This document shows, in pieces, positions 9,887 to 18,534 of a stretch of 64,000 nucleotides of DNA; the stretch's first letter is position 1, and each line of letters opens with the position of its first letter. The stretch spans positions 7,200,001 through 7,264,000 of the forward strand of contig OZ244207.1 of NCBI GenBank assembly GCA_965216875.1. The letters run 5' to 3'. Below the pieces are notes generated by a model. It saw only the letters and a list, made by a program, of their open reading frames with translations. It made no database searches and was not told the DNA's origin. The DNA comes from Rubripirellula sp. (GTDB taxonomy: Bacteria; Planctomycetota; Planctomycetia; Pirellulales; Pirellulaceae). The position numbers and the translations under genes were made by a program.

Positions 9887-10840
9887 ATGGAAACGCGTCC
9901 TCTGGGTAACACGGGATTGGACCTCTCTGTCCTTTCCTTTGGGGCATCTTCAATCGGTGCCGAGTTCCGCCCCATCGATGTCCCCGAAGCACTTCGGTGC
10001 GTCCGCGTCGCACTCGATCGCGGCATGAACTACATCGACACTGCAGCCTACTATGGCCGTGGGATGAGCGAGTTGATGCTCGGTCGCGTGTTGCCGGAAA
10101 TCTCGCGCGACGACTACCTGCTAAGTACAAAGCTTGGTCGCTACGCACCCAAACACTTTGACTTTAGCGCAAAGCGAGTCTTGGAGTCGGTGGACATTTC
10201 GCTTGAGCGAATGGGTGTGGATCACATCGACATCATCTTCTGTCATGACATCGAGTTTGTCCCACTCGACCAAATCGTCGAAGAGACTCTGCCCGCGCTT
10301 CGCAAAGAAGTCGAGAAAGGAAAGATTCGGTTCATTGGTGTGTCGGGTTACCCAATGAAGATCTTTCATGAGATGCTCAATCGTGCGGATCTTGATGTCA
10401 TCCTTTCGTACAACCATTACACGTTGCAAAACGACATGGCGCTTAGCCTAGTCGAACCTTGTGCCGAAAAGGGCGTGGGGCTGATCAATGCCGCACCGTT
10501 TTCGGCGCGATTGCTGACCGATGCAACGTTGCCCGAGTGGCACAAGTCAACTCCACCCGTTCGCGAAGTGGCCGCCAAAGCCGCCGCTCATTGTCGTGAC
10601 AAAGGGACGGACATCGCCAAGCTTGCGCTGCAGTACTCGGTTGCGAACAAGTCCTTCGCAAGTTGCGTGACGGGTTCAGCGAATCCTGAACGTGTCTCTC
10701 AATGGTGCGATTGGTTGGAAGACCCGCTCGACGAAGAATTGGTCGCCGAAGTGAAAGAGATTCTCGCCCCGATTCACAACTGGGTTTACGCCGATGGTTT
10801 GGACGAGAACGAAGATCCCACCGCGGAACGTGTTGGGTAA
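9887..10840 (+). CDS. Aldo/keto reductase (L-galactose/D-arabinose dehydrogenase-like)
   Basis: RPLGNTGLDLSVLSFG, IDTAAYYG, STKLGR, FCHD, GKIRFIGVSG motifs. Start set at METRPLG. Confidence 0.9.
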   Translation: METRPLGNTGLDLSVLSFGASSIGAEFRPIDVPEALRCVRVALDRGMNYIDTAAYYGRGMSELMLGRVLPEISRDDYLLSTKLGRYAPKHFDFSAKRVLESVDISLERMGVDHIDIIFCHDIEFVPLDQIVEETLPALRKEVEKGKIRFIGVSGYPMKIFHEMLNRADLDVILSYNHYTLQNDMALSLVEPCAEKGVGLINAAPFSARLLTDATLPEWHKSTPPVREVAAKAAAHCRDKGTDIAKLALQYSVANKSFASCVTGSANPERVSQWCDWLEDPLDEELVAEVKEILAPIHNWVYADGLDENEDPTAERVG

Positions 10841-10885
10841 AGCTAACATCCTCCTTTCGTCGACAGTACATCTACGAGAATCAAA

Positions 10886-11704
10886 ATGAAATCATGTATC
10901 ACGATCAGCCTGGTTGAAGAGGCACGCGGCGGTCCCTTTGTTCTTTGGGACGGCCTCGAAAAGTCGATCGCCTTTGCCGGTGAACTTGGCTATGACGCAG
11001 TGGAGATTTTTGCTCCCGGTATGGAAGTGATCGAATCCGACAAGCTCGGCAACATGCTCGATGCTGCGGGGCTGAAGCTTGCCGCGCTCGGCACAGGGGC
11101 CGGTTGGGTGAAACACAAACTGCAACTTGCCGATCCTGACGAAGGCAACCGCAAGAAAGCACGTGACTTTGTCCGCTCGGTGATCGATTGTGCGGGTGCG
11201 TTTGGTGCCGGTGCAATCATCGGTTCGATGCAAGGACCCAGCGGCCATACCGGTGACCCCGAGACCGCGCGTGGTTACCTGTGCGAAGCTTTGGAAGAAG
11301 GGGGTGAGGCGGCCAGCAAGCATGGTGTGCCGCTGATCTACGAACCGCTCAACCGCTACGAGACCAAACAGTGCTGTACGGTCGCCGATGGCGTCGAGCT
11401 GCTCGAATCGTTGTCGACCGACAACGTTCGCCTGTTGTGCGATCTGTTCCACATGAACATCGAAGAGACCGACATCGCGGAAGCCTTGTTGACCGGTGGG
11501 AAGTGGGTTGGCCACATCCACTTTGTCGACAGCAATCGGCGTCCGGTCGGTTACGGCCACATGCCATTCACCCGAATCATCGAGGCGCTACGGGCAATCG
11601 ACTATCAGGGTTATCTGTGTGCCGAGGCATTCCCCTACCCCGATCCACACGAAGCCGCGCGTCAAACGATTCGAGCTTTCCGGTATTGGACTCAAACTGA
11701 CTGA
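10886..11704 (+). CDS. Sugar phosphate isomerase/epimerase (xylose isomerase-like TIM barrel)
   Basis: GYDAVEI, YEPLNRYE, DLFHMNIEE, HIHFVDSNR and AE metal-binding motifs. Confidence 0.88.
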   Translation: MKSCITISLVEEARGGPFVLWDGLEKSIAFAGELGYDAVEIFAPGMEVIESDKLGNMLDAAGLKLAALGTGAGWVKHKLQLADPDEGNRKKARDFVRSVIDCAGAFGAGAIIGSMQGPSGHTGDPETARGYLCEALEEGGEAASKHGVPLIYEPLNRYETKQCCTVADGVELLESLSTDNVRLLCDLFHMNIEETDIAEALLTGGKWVGHIHFVDSNRRPVGYGHMPFTRIIEALRAIDYQGYLCAEAFPYPDPHEAARQTIRAFRYWTQTD

Positions 11705-11717
11705 TCGCGTCTGCGGA

Positions 11718-11909
11718 CGCTACTTTCGCGGCGCGAAAGGCGACATTCAGAAATCACAATCGAGTGTTTTCGCGGCACGCGGGTACTGCAGCTTGCAAAC
11801 ACTCTCCCTTGGGAGAGTCGGGCTCTAAGGCCCGGAGAGGGTCTGTATACACAGGGATCATTCCCTCCCCGGACTTTTGCGTCCGGCCCTCACGCAAGCG
11901 GGAGGGTGA
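11718..11909. repeat. REP-like cluster (family C cgctactttcgcgg.gcgaaaggcgac; family D actctcccttgggagagtcgggctctaaggcccggagaggg with its partner)
   Basis: Family C at 11718-11744 recurs at 22074 and 63808. The family D 41-mer at 11801-11841 is identical to 13441-13481. Located between convergent genes. Confidence 0.8.
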
Positions 11910-11955
11910 TTGTTGGAACGCACGTTAACCTGGACAAACACCTCACCTGGAGAGC

Positions 11956-12219
11956 TTATTGAGCTCCGTCGTGAAGGATGTCTCGGATCCTGAGGCCAAA
12001 CTTGTCACCAATTTTGACCGTCTCTCCCGTCGCAATCGGTTGGCCTCCCACCTCAAGCATGAGCGGCTCGTCGCAGTGGGCGTCAAAGGTGAGCATTGAA
12101 CCGGGGACGAGATTGACGACCTCGTTGAGAGGTGCACGCTTTCGAGCCAGGGTCACGCAAACCGGAGTGCTGATCGACAACACGCCGCGAGCGTATTCAT
12201 TTTGATACTGGTCATCCAT
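11956..12219 (-). CDS. FliM/FliN C-terminal (SpoA) domain protein
   Basis: 87 aa with PVCVTLA..LVPGSMLTF..IATGETVKIGDKFGLRI, the SpoA pattern. Confidence 0.85.
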   Translation of the reverse strand: MDDQYQNEYARGVLSISTPVCVTLARKRAPLNEVVNLVPGSMLTFDAHCDEPLMLEVGGQPIATGETVKIGDKFGLRIRDILHDGAQ

Positions 12220-12552
12220 CGTCGGTACTGCGCAAATGAGGGTCTTTTTGACGATTTATCGGCTCAGGACAGGCTTGAGATTCCCCAGATTTCCAACATT
12301 AGGGCGAATGAGAGGACAGAGGAGCCAAAAAGGCCACCAACGCTTGGGTTTTTTAGTGCTATCCCCCTGGCAGAGGGTGTGGAGAGAGGCAGCCCGTAGA
12401 TACATTGGGCACATCTCAGCCCGGCGGGCGAGGCGGCCGATCTTCGGAGCGGACGCAGGTTTCTGGGAGCGTTTTTCGCTCCAGGACAAGGCGGCTTGCC
12501 AGCTGGCGATAAACCAAGAAATCCACCGATCTTTGAAATAGAAAGCGACGCG

Positions 12553-13332
12553 ATGTGCTTATTGGCTGTTCAGTATCGCCTGGTCCCCGAAAGCCCCATT
12601 CTGGTAGCGGCCAACCGCGAGGAATACAAAGATCGGCCAAGTTTGCCCCCATCGATTCAATCCGGTAAGCCTCGTGTCCTGTGCGGCATCGATCAAAAGG
12701 CTGGCGGAACTTGGTTGGGCGTCAACCAAAACGGCCTGTTTGTCGGCATCAGCAACCGTGCGACACAAACACCTCTGTTCGGCCAACGCTCGCGAGGCCT
12801 CCTCGGTCTGGATCTGCTTCGCTGCACATCCGCTAGCAAAGCACTCGACAAGGCACATGCCGAGTTTGCAAAGACCCGCTACGAGGGCTGCAACATCATC
12901 ATCGCCGATGCCAAGAATGGTTACGCGATCCACGCCGACGAACGCCAAGAGGTGGTCGAACTGCAAGATGGTTTGAACATCATTGGTGCCCGCAACCTGA
13001 ACGATCCCGAAGACCAGCGAGTGCAAATGGCTCGCCGCTTGTTGACCCTTCAAACGCTCGACTCGCCCGTCAAGTTCCTGGCGGTCGCCAGCCGGGTCTT
13101 TGCTCGTGCACCGGTTGGTCCTGGACGCCCCAGTATGGTGGTGCGAAATGGAGACTACGGGACGGTCAGCAGCACGTTGATCGCTCTGGGCGTGAAGCCT
13201 CGCGACGCGATCTATCAGTTCAGCAACGGTGCTCCTGATCAATCGAAGTACGAGGATTTCTCGCCAATGCTTCGTGACATTCTCAGCCGCGGACTTCGCG
13301 AAGCCCGCACCAAAGCCAAGGTGCAAAGCTAG
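12553..13332 (+). CDS. NRDE/TANGO2 family protein
   Basis: MCLL start, AANREE (NRDE variant), D..AGGTWLGVN, SRG, YGTVSST. Confidence 0.88.
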   Translation: MCLLAVQYRLVPESPILVAANREEYKDRPSLPPSIQSGKPRVLCGIDQKAGGTWLGVNQNGLFVGISNRATQTPLFGQRSRGLLGLDLLRCTSASKALDKAHAEFAKTRYEGCNIIIADAKNGYAIHADERQEVVELQDGLNIIGARNLNDPEDQRVQMARRLLTLQTLDSPVKFLAVASRVFARAPVGPGRPSMVVRNGDYGTVSSTLIALGVKPRDAIYQFSNGAPDQSKYEDFSPMLRDILSRGLREARTKAKVQS

Positions 13333-13440
13333 GCGACCGCATTGCCAAGTGAGCCGCAGGCGATCAGGCCTCGGGCCTTGTTTGCTACTAGACGTGATTT
13401 TGCCCGACGCTAACGCGTTCGGCTCACATTGAGCTTTAAC

Positions 13441-13527
13441 ACTCTCCCTTGGGAGAGTCGGGCTCTAAGGCCCGGAGAGGGTTCGTATAGGTTTTAACGC
13501 CCGACCCTCCCGCAAGCGGGAGCGTGA
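13441..13527. repeat. REP-like element, family D
   Basis: Identical 41-mer to 11801-11841 plus partner ccctcccgcaagcgggagcgtga. Located between convergent genes. Confidence 0.8.
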
Positions 13528-13548
13528 TTCCTGGAGCGCACGGTAACC

Positions 13549-15279
13549 TCATCGCACCATTCCGCGTACCACGCACGCCATCACCAACAGGGCAACCGCG
13601 ATCAGATCCGCCGTCACGATTTTGTGGCTTGTCGCGGACCGACGCAGGTAATCGATCAACCGGCCCGTTGGGCATCCGAACCGACAGTAGCCCATCGGCA
13701 CTGCGGCGGACAGCGTGAGCGTGGACGCGGCAAGCGCGATCACGCCCCACCCCGCGATGCGAAACAGATAAGCATGAAAGGGTTCCCACGACGATAGGTC
13801 GAGCGAGGGAAGCAGGCAGAGGGCGATGTAGGCAGCGCAGAGTGTTGCGCCAGGAAGTCGCCTAAGCCACTTGGTGGCTCGTTTGCTGGGATGAAGTCGC
13901 CATTTCGCTTTGGCCGGCGGTTTGATCAGCTGTTGCAGCGCGCCGTGTGGGCAAAGATGGTTGCAGTAGGGATTGGCTTTGGTCAGCGGAGGAATCAGCA
14001 AGGCGACGCTTGCCATTGCCGCCAAGCCCGGTGCGAGTCGCCATGCGATGCCTTCGGCCGACCAGCCTGCCACCAACGCAAGGGAGACCAGATTGCCGGC
14101 CCACAAGCCGATCACAACAAAGACGCCAGCCAGCCAAACTTTGCGCACGAGTCGAATGCGAAACAGACGTGTCTGACTCAAGATGCCTGCGAGTAGCAAT
14201 ACGATGACGGTCGCAATATCGGTCGTGGTCCAGCGGACGGTCTCCCAAATTGGACGCCGTTTCTCGGCTTGTTCAGCAGCGAGGGCTGCCGCTCGTTGTT
14301 GATGCTCTTTTGCCGCCGCCACCAGTGTGTCGGCAACAGCAAGGCTTGTCATCGTCGCTCCGGAAACCCCTTCGATACGGGCTTGCTGTGGATCGAGTTT
14401 CGACAATTCGGCAAGGGATTGGCCTTCGAACAACGCCCAGTAGCCACGTTCGACTTTGACGTAGCGAACGTAAGGTTGATTGTCATAGGAATTGCGAAGT
14501 CGAATCGACTCGACGTCATCCCCTTCGGCAAGTTTCAGCAGCAGTTCGGTTGGTCCTTGATAGCCAACGACGTCATCACTGAGCGCGCCGGTTCGCATCA
14601 CTCGGCCAAGCAGCGCGCCGTCGTCGTCGAAGACTTGCCCGACGCCGCCCGACTCGGCAATCGTCTCTGCTTCGGGGAACCAGTCGAGAACTTCATTGAC
14701 CTTCAATGCATCGGGGAAAACAAGTGACGGCCGTTCGCCGCCGATCCGTTTTAGGATTCCCTCGGCCAGTGCCATGCTTGTCAGCGTCGCGCCCGAGACG
14801 GCATCGATGCGTGTTTTGGTCTCAGGGCCTCCCCAAGGCCAACCGACGAACTGTTCGAAGAAGGCTCGATCCGCAACGACCGCGTCGACGTGCTCGCCGG
14901 TGTCCGCACTGGAAAGGAGTCGCACGTTGGTCAATTCGAGTTTGTCATTGAAGACCAACATCGCTTCGGTCGGTCCGCGGTAGCCAACGATCGCTTCGGC
15001 ATCGGGCAGCGTTCGCGCGACCGAACCGATCGCATCGCCCGCCGCATCGCGAAGCGTCCACAAGCCTTCCCCGCTCGGCTCGGGATCGATTGCCTCTGCG
15101 TTTGGCGTGACGGCTTGGATCAAATCCAATGCCGGAGCTGCGCCGGGGTCGACGTTTGATTGGTGCGATGGCGAGGGAATGGCCAAAAGCAAAGCGGTAA
15201 TCAAACCGACTCGCAAAGCCTGCACCAGGCCAGCGAGTCGTGATTGCCGCTTACGTATTGGCGTTGGCGATTCGCCCAA
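13549..15279 (-). CDS. Membrane protein with two FMN-binding (flavinylation) domains and a 4Fe-4S module (NosR/NirI-like)
   Basis: Repeated GY.GPTE; DAVSGAT and EGVSGAT flavinylation motifs; TM region with YCNHLCPHGALQ and YCRFGCPTG. Start uncertain (TTG 15279 chosen; the ORF extends to 15342). Confidence 0.85.
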   Translation of the reverse strand: MGESPTPIRKRQSRLAGLVQALRVGLITALLLAIPSPSHQSNVDPGAAPALDLIQAVTPNAEAIDPEPSGEGLWTLRDAAGDAIGSVARTLPDAEAIVGYRGPTEAMLVFNDKLELTNVRLLSSADTGEHVDAVVADRAFFEQFVGWPWGGPETKTRIDAVSGATLTSMALAEGILKRIGGERPSLVFPDALKVNEVLDWFPEAETIAESGGVGQVFDDDGALLGRVMRTGALSDDVVGYQGPTELLLKLAEGDDVESIRLRNSYDNQPYVRYVKVERGYWALFEGQSLAELSKLDPQQARIEGVSGATMTSLAVADTLVAAAKEHQQRAAALAAEQAEKRRPIWETVRWTTTDIATVIVLLLAGILSQTRLFRIRLVRKVWLAGVFVVIGLWAGNLVSLALVAGWSAEGIAWRLAPGLAAMASVALLIPPLTKANPYCNHLCPHGALQQLIKPPAKAKWRLHPSKRATKWLRRLPGATLCAAYIALCLLPSLDLSSWEPFHAYLFRIAGWGVIALAASTLTLSAAVPMGYCRFGCPTGRLIDYLRRSATSHKIVTADLIAVALLVMACVVRGMVR

Positions 15280-15281
15280 GC

Positions 15282-17549
15282 TTATTGCACCTTGACCAGG
15301 CCAACAGCATCGACGTGAACCGTGCCACCAGCGTCGTCGCAACTGATGACAACATCGACCTGACCGCCTGTTGGCACCTCGATTTCGGTCACATCAATGA
15401 CATCGCCGGGCGATGGGGTTTGCTGGTCGACTCGGTGCTTGGTGGTCTTGTTACCAACGGTGATCGCAACCGGAGCCGACTTTGCACGGTTCTCATGCGC
15501 CTGGCTGTAGAGACGCACATTGTAGCGTCCGCCGTCGTTCACTTTGAACTTGAAGGTCGCGGTAGCGTCGCTGCCGGCAGAGGCGTAGCGATAGCCGTAG
15601 CCGACGTAGTTTTTCAAGCCGGTCCCGCCGCTCCAGGTGCCCGTCAGTTTGGCGCCGCGATCATCGATCACGATACCATCGAGGTCTTTCGGCCGCTTGC
15701 CGGTCATGGGGCCATGCGAACCGGCCAATTCCATCGCGTCATCTGGAATCACAATTTTGTCCGAAGGTGTTGTTCGGCGCGCCTTGCCGGGCAAGTGCAG
15801 AAGCTCGATCAACTCGTCGAGGTGGGCTTCGTAGATGTCACGGGGTTGGCAATCGTGAAGCGTGCAAAGCGAGGCGGCTTTGCCGACGACTTCGCCCATC
15901 ATGCCACACGTTTTCATGACGCGCACCGTGCCGAGGGCTTCGTGCGTGACGCTTGCACATCGACCCGCCATGAACAGGTTCTCGATGTTGCGGCTGTAGA
16001 AGCAACGGTACGGAACGGGATAGCCATACATCCGGTCCACGTTTCGATTGTGAATCGCAATCGAGATGAAAGGATTGTCGGGATACGAGTGCTTGTATTG
16101 CTCTTTGGGATAGTGCAAATCAATCGACCAGGTACTGGGCACACACCCGTCTGGGAAGTCACGTTTGTTGACAATGTCTTCTTCGGTAAGGACGACATCG
16201 CCCATCAGGCGTCGACTTTCACGCGGTCCACCCACGTAGGCGACCCAAGTCAATTCGGCCGTTTTATGATCGGCAGCGCCGTCACGATTCTTCATCGCAT
16301 TGAACGCGCCATAGACGGCTCGCAAGTTCCAGTCTCGAATGCCTTCGGCGTCGCCGAGCGCATCCTTGTCGTACCCGCTTTCCCAGAACCATTGACCGTG
16401 ATGATCACGTGGGTATGGGAAATCGGCCATTTTCAAATCGAGTGCCCAGGGGGTCTCGGGGAAGGCGACCGTTTCTTCGCCTTCGCCCCAGGCCCACATG
16501 TTGCTCATGCCCATTCGGCCCTTTGCCGTCATGTCCGAATCGGCGCCGGCCCAACTGCCGACCCAGGCGTGTCCGGTGCAATCGGCAAACAGGTTGCCTT
16601 GGATGCGAACCTCTTCCGCAGTCCGCGTGTTGAGCGCTTTGACGGCAGCGATCTTCGAGCCGTCCATCTCGACTGCGAATGCATGATGGTTGAGCATCAA
16701 GTCGATGTTGCCTTCGGCTCGCACGACCTGTTCTTTCAACGCATCGCCAAACTCTTCGTAGGTACCGGGCGATTTTGAGGCATGGTCACAAAACTCTTCA
16801 ATGATCTCGCCAATCCGCGGGTACTTGCCTCGACGGATGTTGCCCATCGCCCAAACGCGGACTTCACTCGAACCGTTGCCGCCAAGAACGCCACGGTCTT
16901 GGACGAGGGCCACGTTGCAACCCATGCGTGCTGCCGAGATCGCCGAGCCCATTCCGGCGTAGCCACCGCCGATCACAACAAGGTCGTAAGGTCCCTTGGT
17001 CACCGGCTCCGCAGGCAGGCCCAACTTGTCGCGCCGCCAACTCGACAGCACCTTGTCGGCTGGTGGTGGAGCCTGTTCGAGGTCGGAGGTGAAATAGATG
17101 CAGTCACAGCGACCGTCGAAGCCCGTTTCGTCGATCAGACGCAGCGTGTTCTCGCCCGATGCGAGTTCCACCACGCCGCCATCATGCCAGCTCCACTCGG
17201 CTCCCTTGGTGCCAAACGTTTCGTCGAGTGCCTTGCCGTTGACCGACAGTTTGAATCGACCCGGCGATGGCTTGGCATCCCAGCGAGCGACCCAGTCTTT
17301 GGTTCGAACCCAAACTCGGTACTTTCCTTGATTGCTGACCGAGAGGGTGGTCGAGGCATCGGCAACTGGCTTTCCTAGCCCGTGAGCCAGCAGATAGGGC
17401 GACCCCATTTGCTGAATGAATTGAGTATCGAGCTTCCAGCCGCCATGTTCGGCAAAGCTCTCGGCCTCGACCAATAGATCAGCACCCTCAGATGGAGGGG
17501 CCGGCAGAAACAGGGCAGCAATTAGAAGCAGCGGTAGAGTTCGACGCAC
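15282..17549 (-). CDS. Secreted FAD-dependent oxidoreductase (FAD_oxidored family) with accessory beta-sandwich domains
   Basis: Signal peptide; YDLVVIGGGYAG Rossmann motif, LGGNGSSE, DCTG, RESRR, NLFMAGR, RVM.T. Start uncertain (GTG 17549 chosen). Confidence 0.88.
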   Translation of the reverse strand: MRRTLPLLLIAALFLPAPPSEGADLLVEAESFAEHGGWKLDTQFIQQMGSPYLLAHGLGKPVADASTTLSVSNQGKYRVWVRTKDWVARWDAKPSPGRFKLSVNGKALDETFGTKGAEWSWHDGGVVELASGENTLRLIDETGFDGRCDCIYFTSDLEQAPPPADKVLSSWRRDKLGLPAEPVTKGPYDLVVIGGGYAGMGSAISAARMGCNVALVQDRGVLGGNGSSEVRVWAMGNIRRGKYPRIGEIIEEFCDHASKSPGTYEEFGDALKEQVVRAEGNIDLMLNHHAFAVEMDGSKIAAVKALNTRTAEEVRIQGNLFADCTGHAWVGSWAGADSDMTAKGRMGMSNMWAWGEGEETVAFPETPWALDLKMADFPYPRDHHGQWFWESGYDKDALGDAEGIRDWNLRAVYGAFNAMKNRDGAADHKTAELTWVAYVGGPRESRRLMGDVVLTEEDIVNKRDFPDGCVPSTWSIDLHYPKEQYKHSYPDNPFISIAIHNRNVDRMYGYPVPYRCFYSRNIENLFMAGRCASVTHEALGTVRVMKTCGMMGEVVGKAASLCTLHDCQPRDIYEAHLDELIELLHLPGKARRTTPSDKIVIPDDAMELAGSHGPMTGKRPKDLDGIVIDDRGAKLTGTWSGGTGLKNYVGYGYRYASAGSDATATFKFKVNDGGRYNVRLYSQAHENRAKSAPVAITVGNKTTKHRVDQQTPSPGDVIDVTEIEVPTGGQVDVVISCDDAGGTVHVDAVGLVKVQ

Positions 17550-17672
17550 AGGTTTGAGTCTCAAAACGGGGAGGGAAGGCAAATCAGACAAGTTGCCAAC
17601 AGGTTAAGAGAAGTCGAAGCCCAAGTTGGACGTCCAATTTGAGGTTTTGCCCCTTTTTGCTCTCCCTAACAG

Positions 17673-17856
17673 CGTAGCTACGCTCGCCAGAGCGTGGTGA
17701 CCGTGGAGAGCGGTCCCAAGATGAAACCACCTACCCGTGAGCCGAACGCGCTAGCTAGCGTCGGGCCCTGCCAAACGTAGCTACGCTCGCCAGAGCGTGG
17801 TGACCGGAAAGGACCGTGCCGGATCTGCATCGCTGTCGCTCTTTGATCCGGCCTAC
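17673..17856. repeat. REP-like mosaic cluster (family B x2, family A, family E)
   Basis: cgtagctacgctcgccagagcgtggtgaccg at 17673 and 17776; family A at 17738-17768; gccggatc..gatccggcctac at 17818-17856, also found at 57145. Confidence 0.85.
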
Positions 17857-17921
17857 AAGATCTTGCGACGCGGATCATCAGCCGAAACGCGATAGCGTGC
17901 GGTTCTCACGATTGGACTGCT

Positions 17922-18521
17922 CTACCGCACTCCTCGGCGACCATGGTGACTGCGGATCGAATTGAGCAGCTGGAGTGCGGGCGGATAAGACTTCGCCAAC
18001 GCGACAATGCTCGAGGTGGAAACTCGCCATTGTTTGGCAACCAAGCTTGGCTGGCCGCCGGCGGCATGAAGGTCATTCAGCAGCAGTGCGAGCACAGCTG
18101 GCTTCGCCGGATTGGATTCCGCAAGCTTCAGCGGACCTCCGTCGAATTGATCTCGCCATCGAGCTTCCATCGGGTCGCAAGGCGATACTTCGACGCCGAT
18201 TGGTGACGGTGTTCGCAATTCGATCGCCAGTCGGTATCGCATCCGCTGAAACGCGATGGTTCGATTTTCGGCTTGGCTTCGACGCTCGGTTGCTTCGGCC
18301 ACAACGCCCGATGGCTCATGTGTCAGAAACACACCGGAACTCGTTTTGTTGCGGTGTTGTCCACCAGGGCCGCTTCGCTTTTGCGTCCTCAGGCTGCACG
18401 CTTCGTTTAAAGTTTCCGGATCGATCGTCGCGGGATGCGGTGCGTCGACCATGGCGACGGACATTCGCTCGGAAGGCTCAGGAACCTTGGCTGATTTGTC
18501 GCTCGAGTCTTCGTCGCTCAC
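17922..18521 (-). CDS. Peptide chain release factor-like protein (RF-1 GGQ domain)
   Basis: RSGPGGQHRNKTSSGV.LTH.PSG..ERRSQAENR. Lacks the stop-codon recognition domains of RF1/RF2. Confidence 0.85.
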   Translation of the reverse strand: MSDEDSSDKSAKVPEPSERMSVAMVDAPHPATIDPETLNEACSLRTQKRSGPGGQHRNKTSSGVFLTHEPSGVVAEATERRSQAENRTIAFQRMRYRLAIELRTPSPIGVEVSPCDPMEARWRDQFDGGPLKLAESNPAKPAVLALLLNDLHAAGGQPSLVAKQWRVSTSSIVALAKSYPPALQLLNSIRSHHGRRGVR

Positions 18522-18534
18522 GGAACAAGCCTAC

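Noticed and set aside
15240..16778. 512-aa antisense ORF over the FAD oxidoreductase
   Set aside because: Shadow ORF with no domain signal. The same applies to 4440-5534, 37808-38863 and similar long antisense frames.
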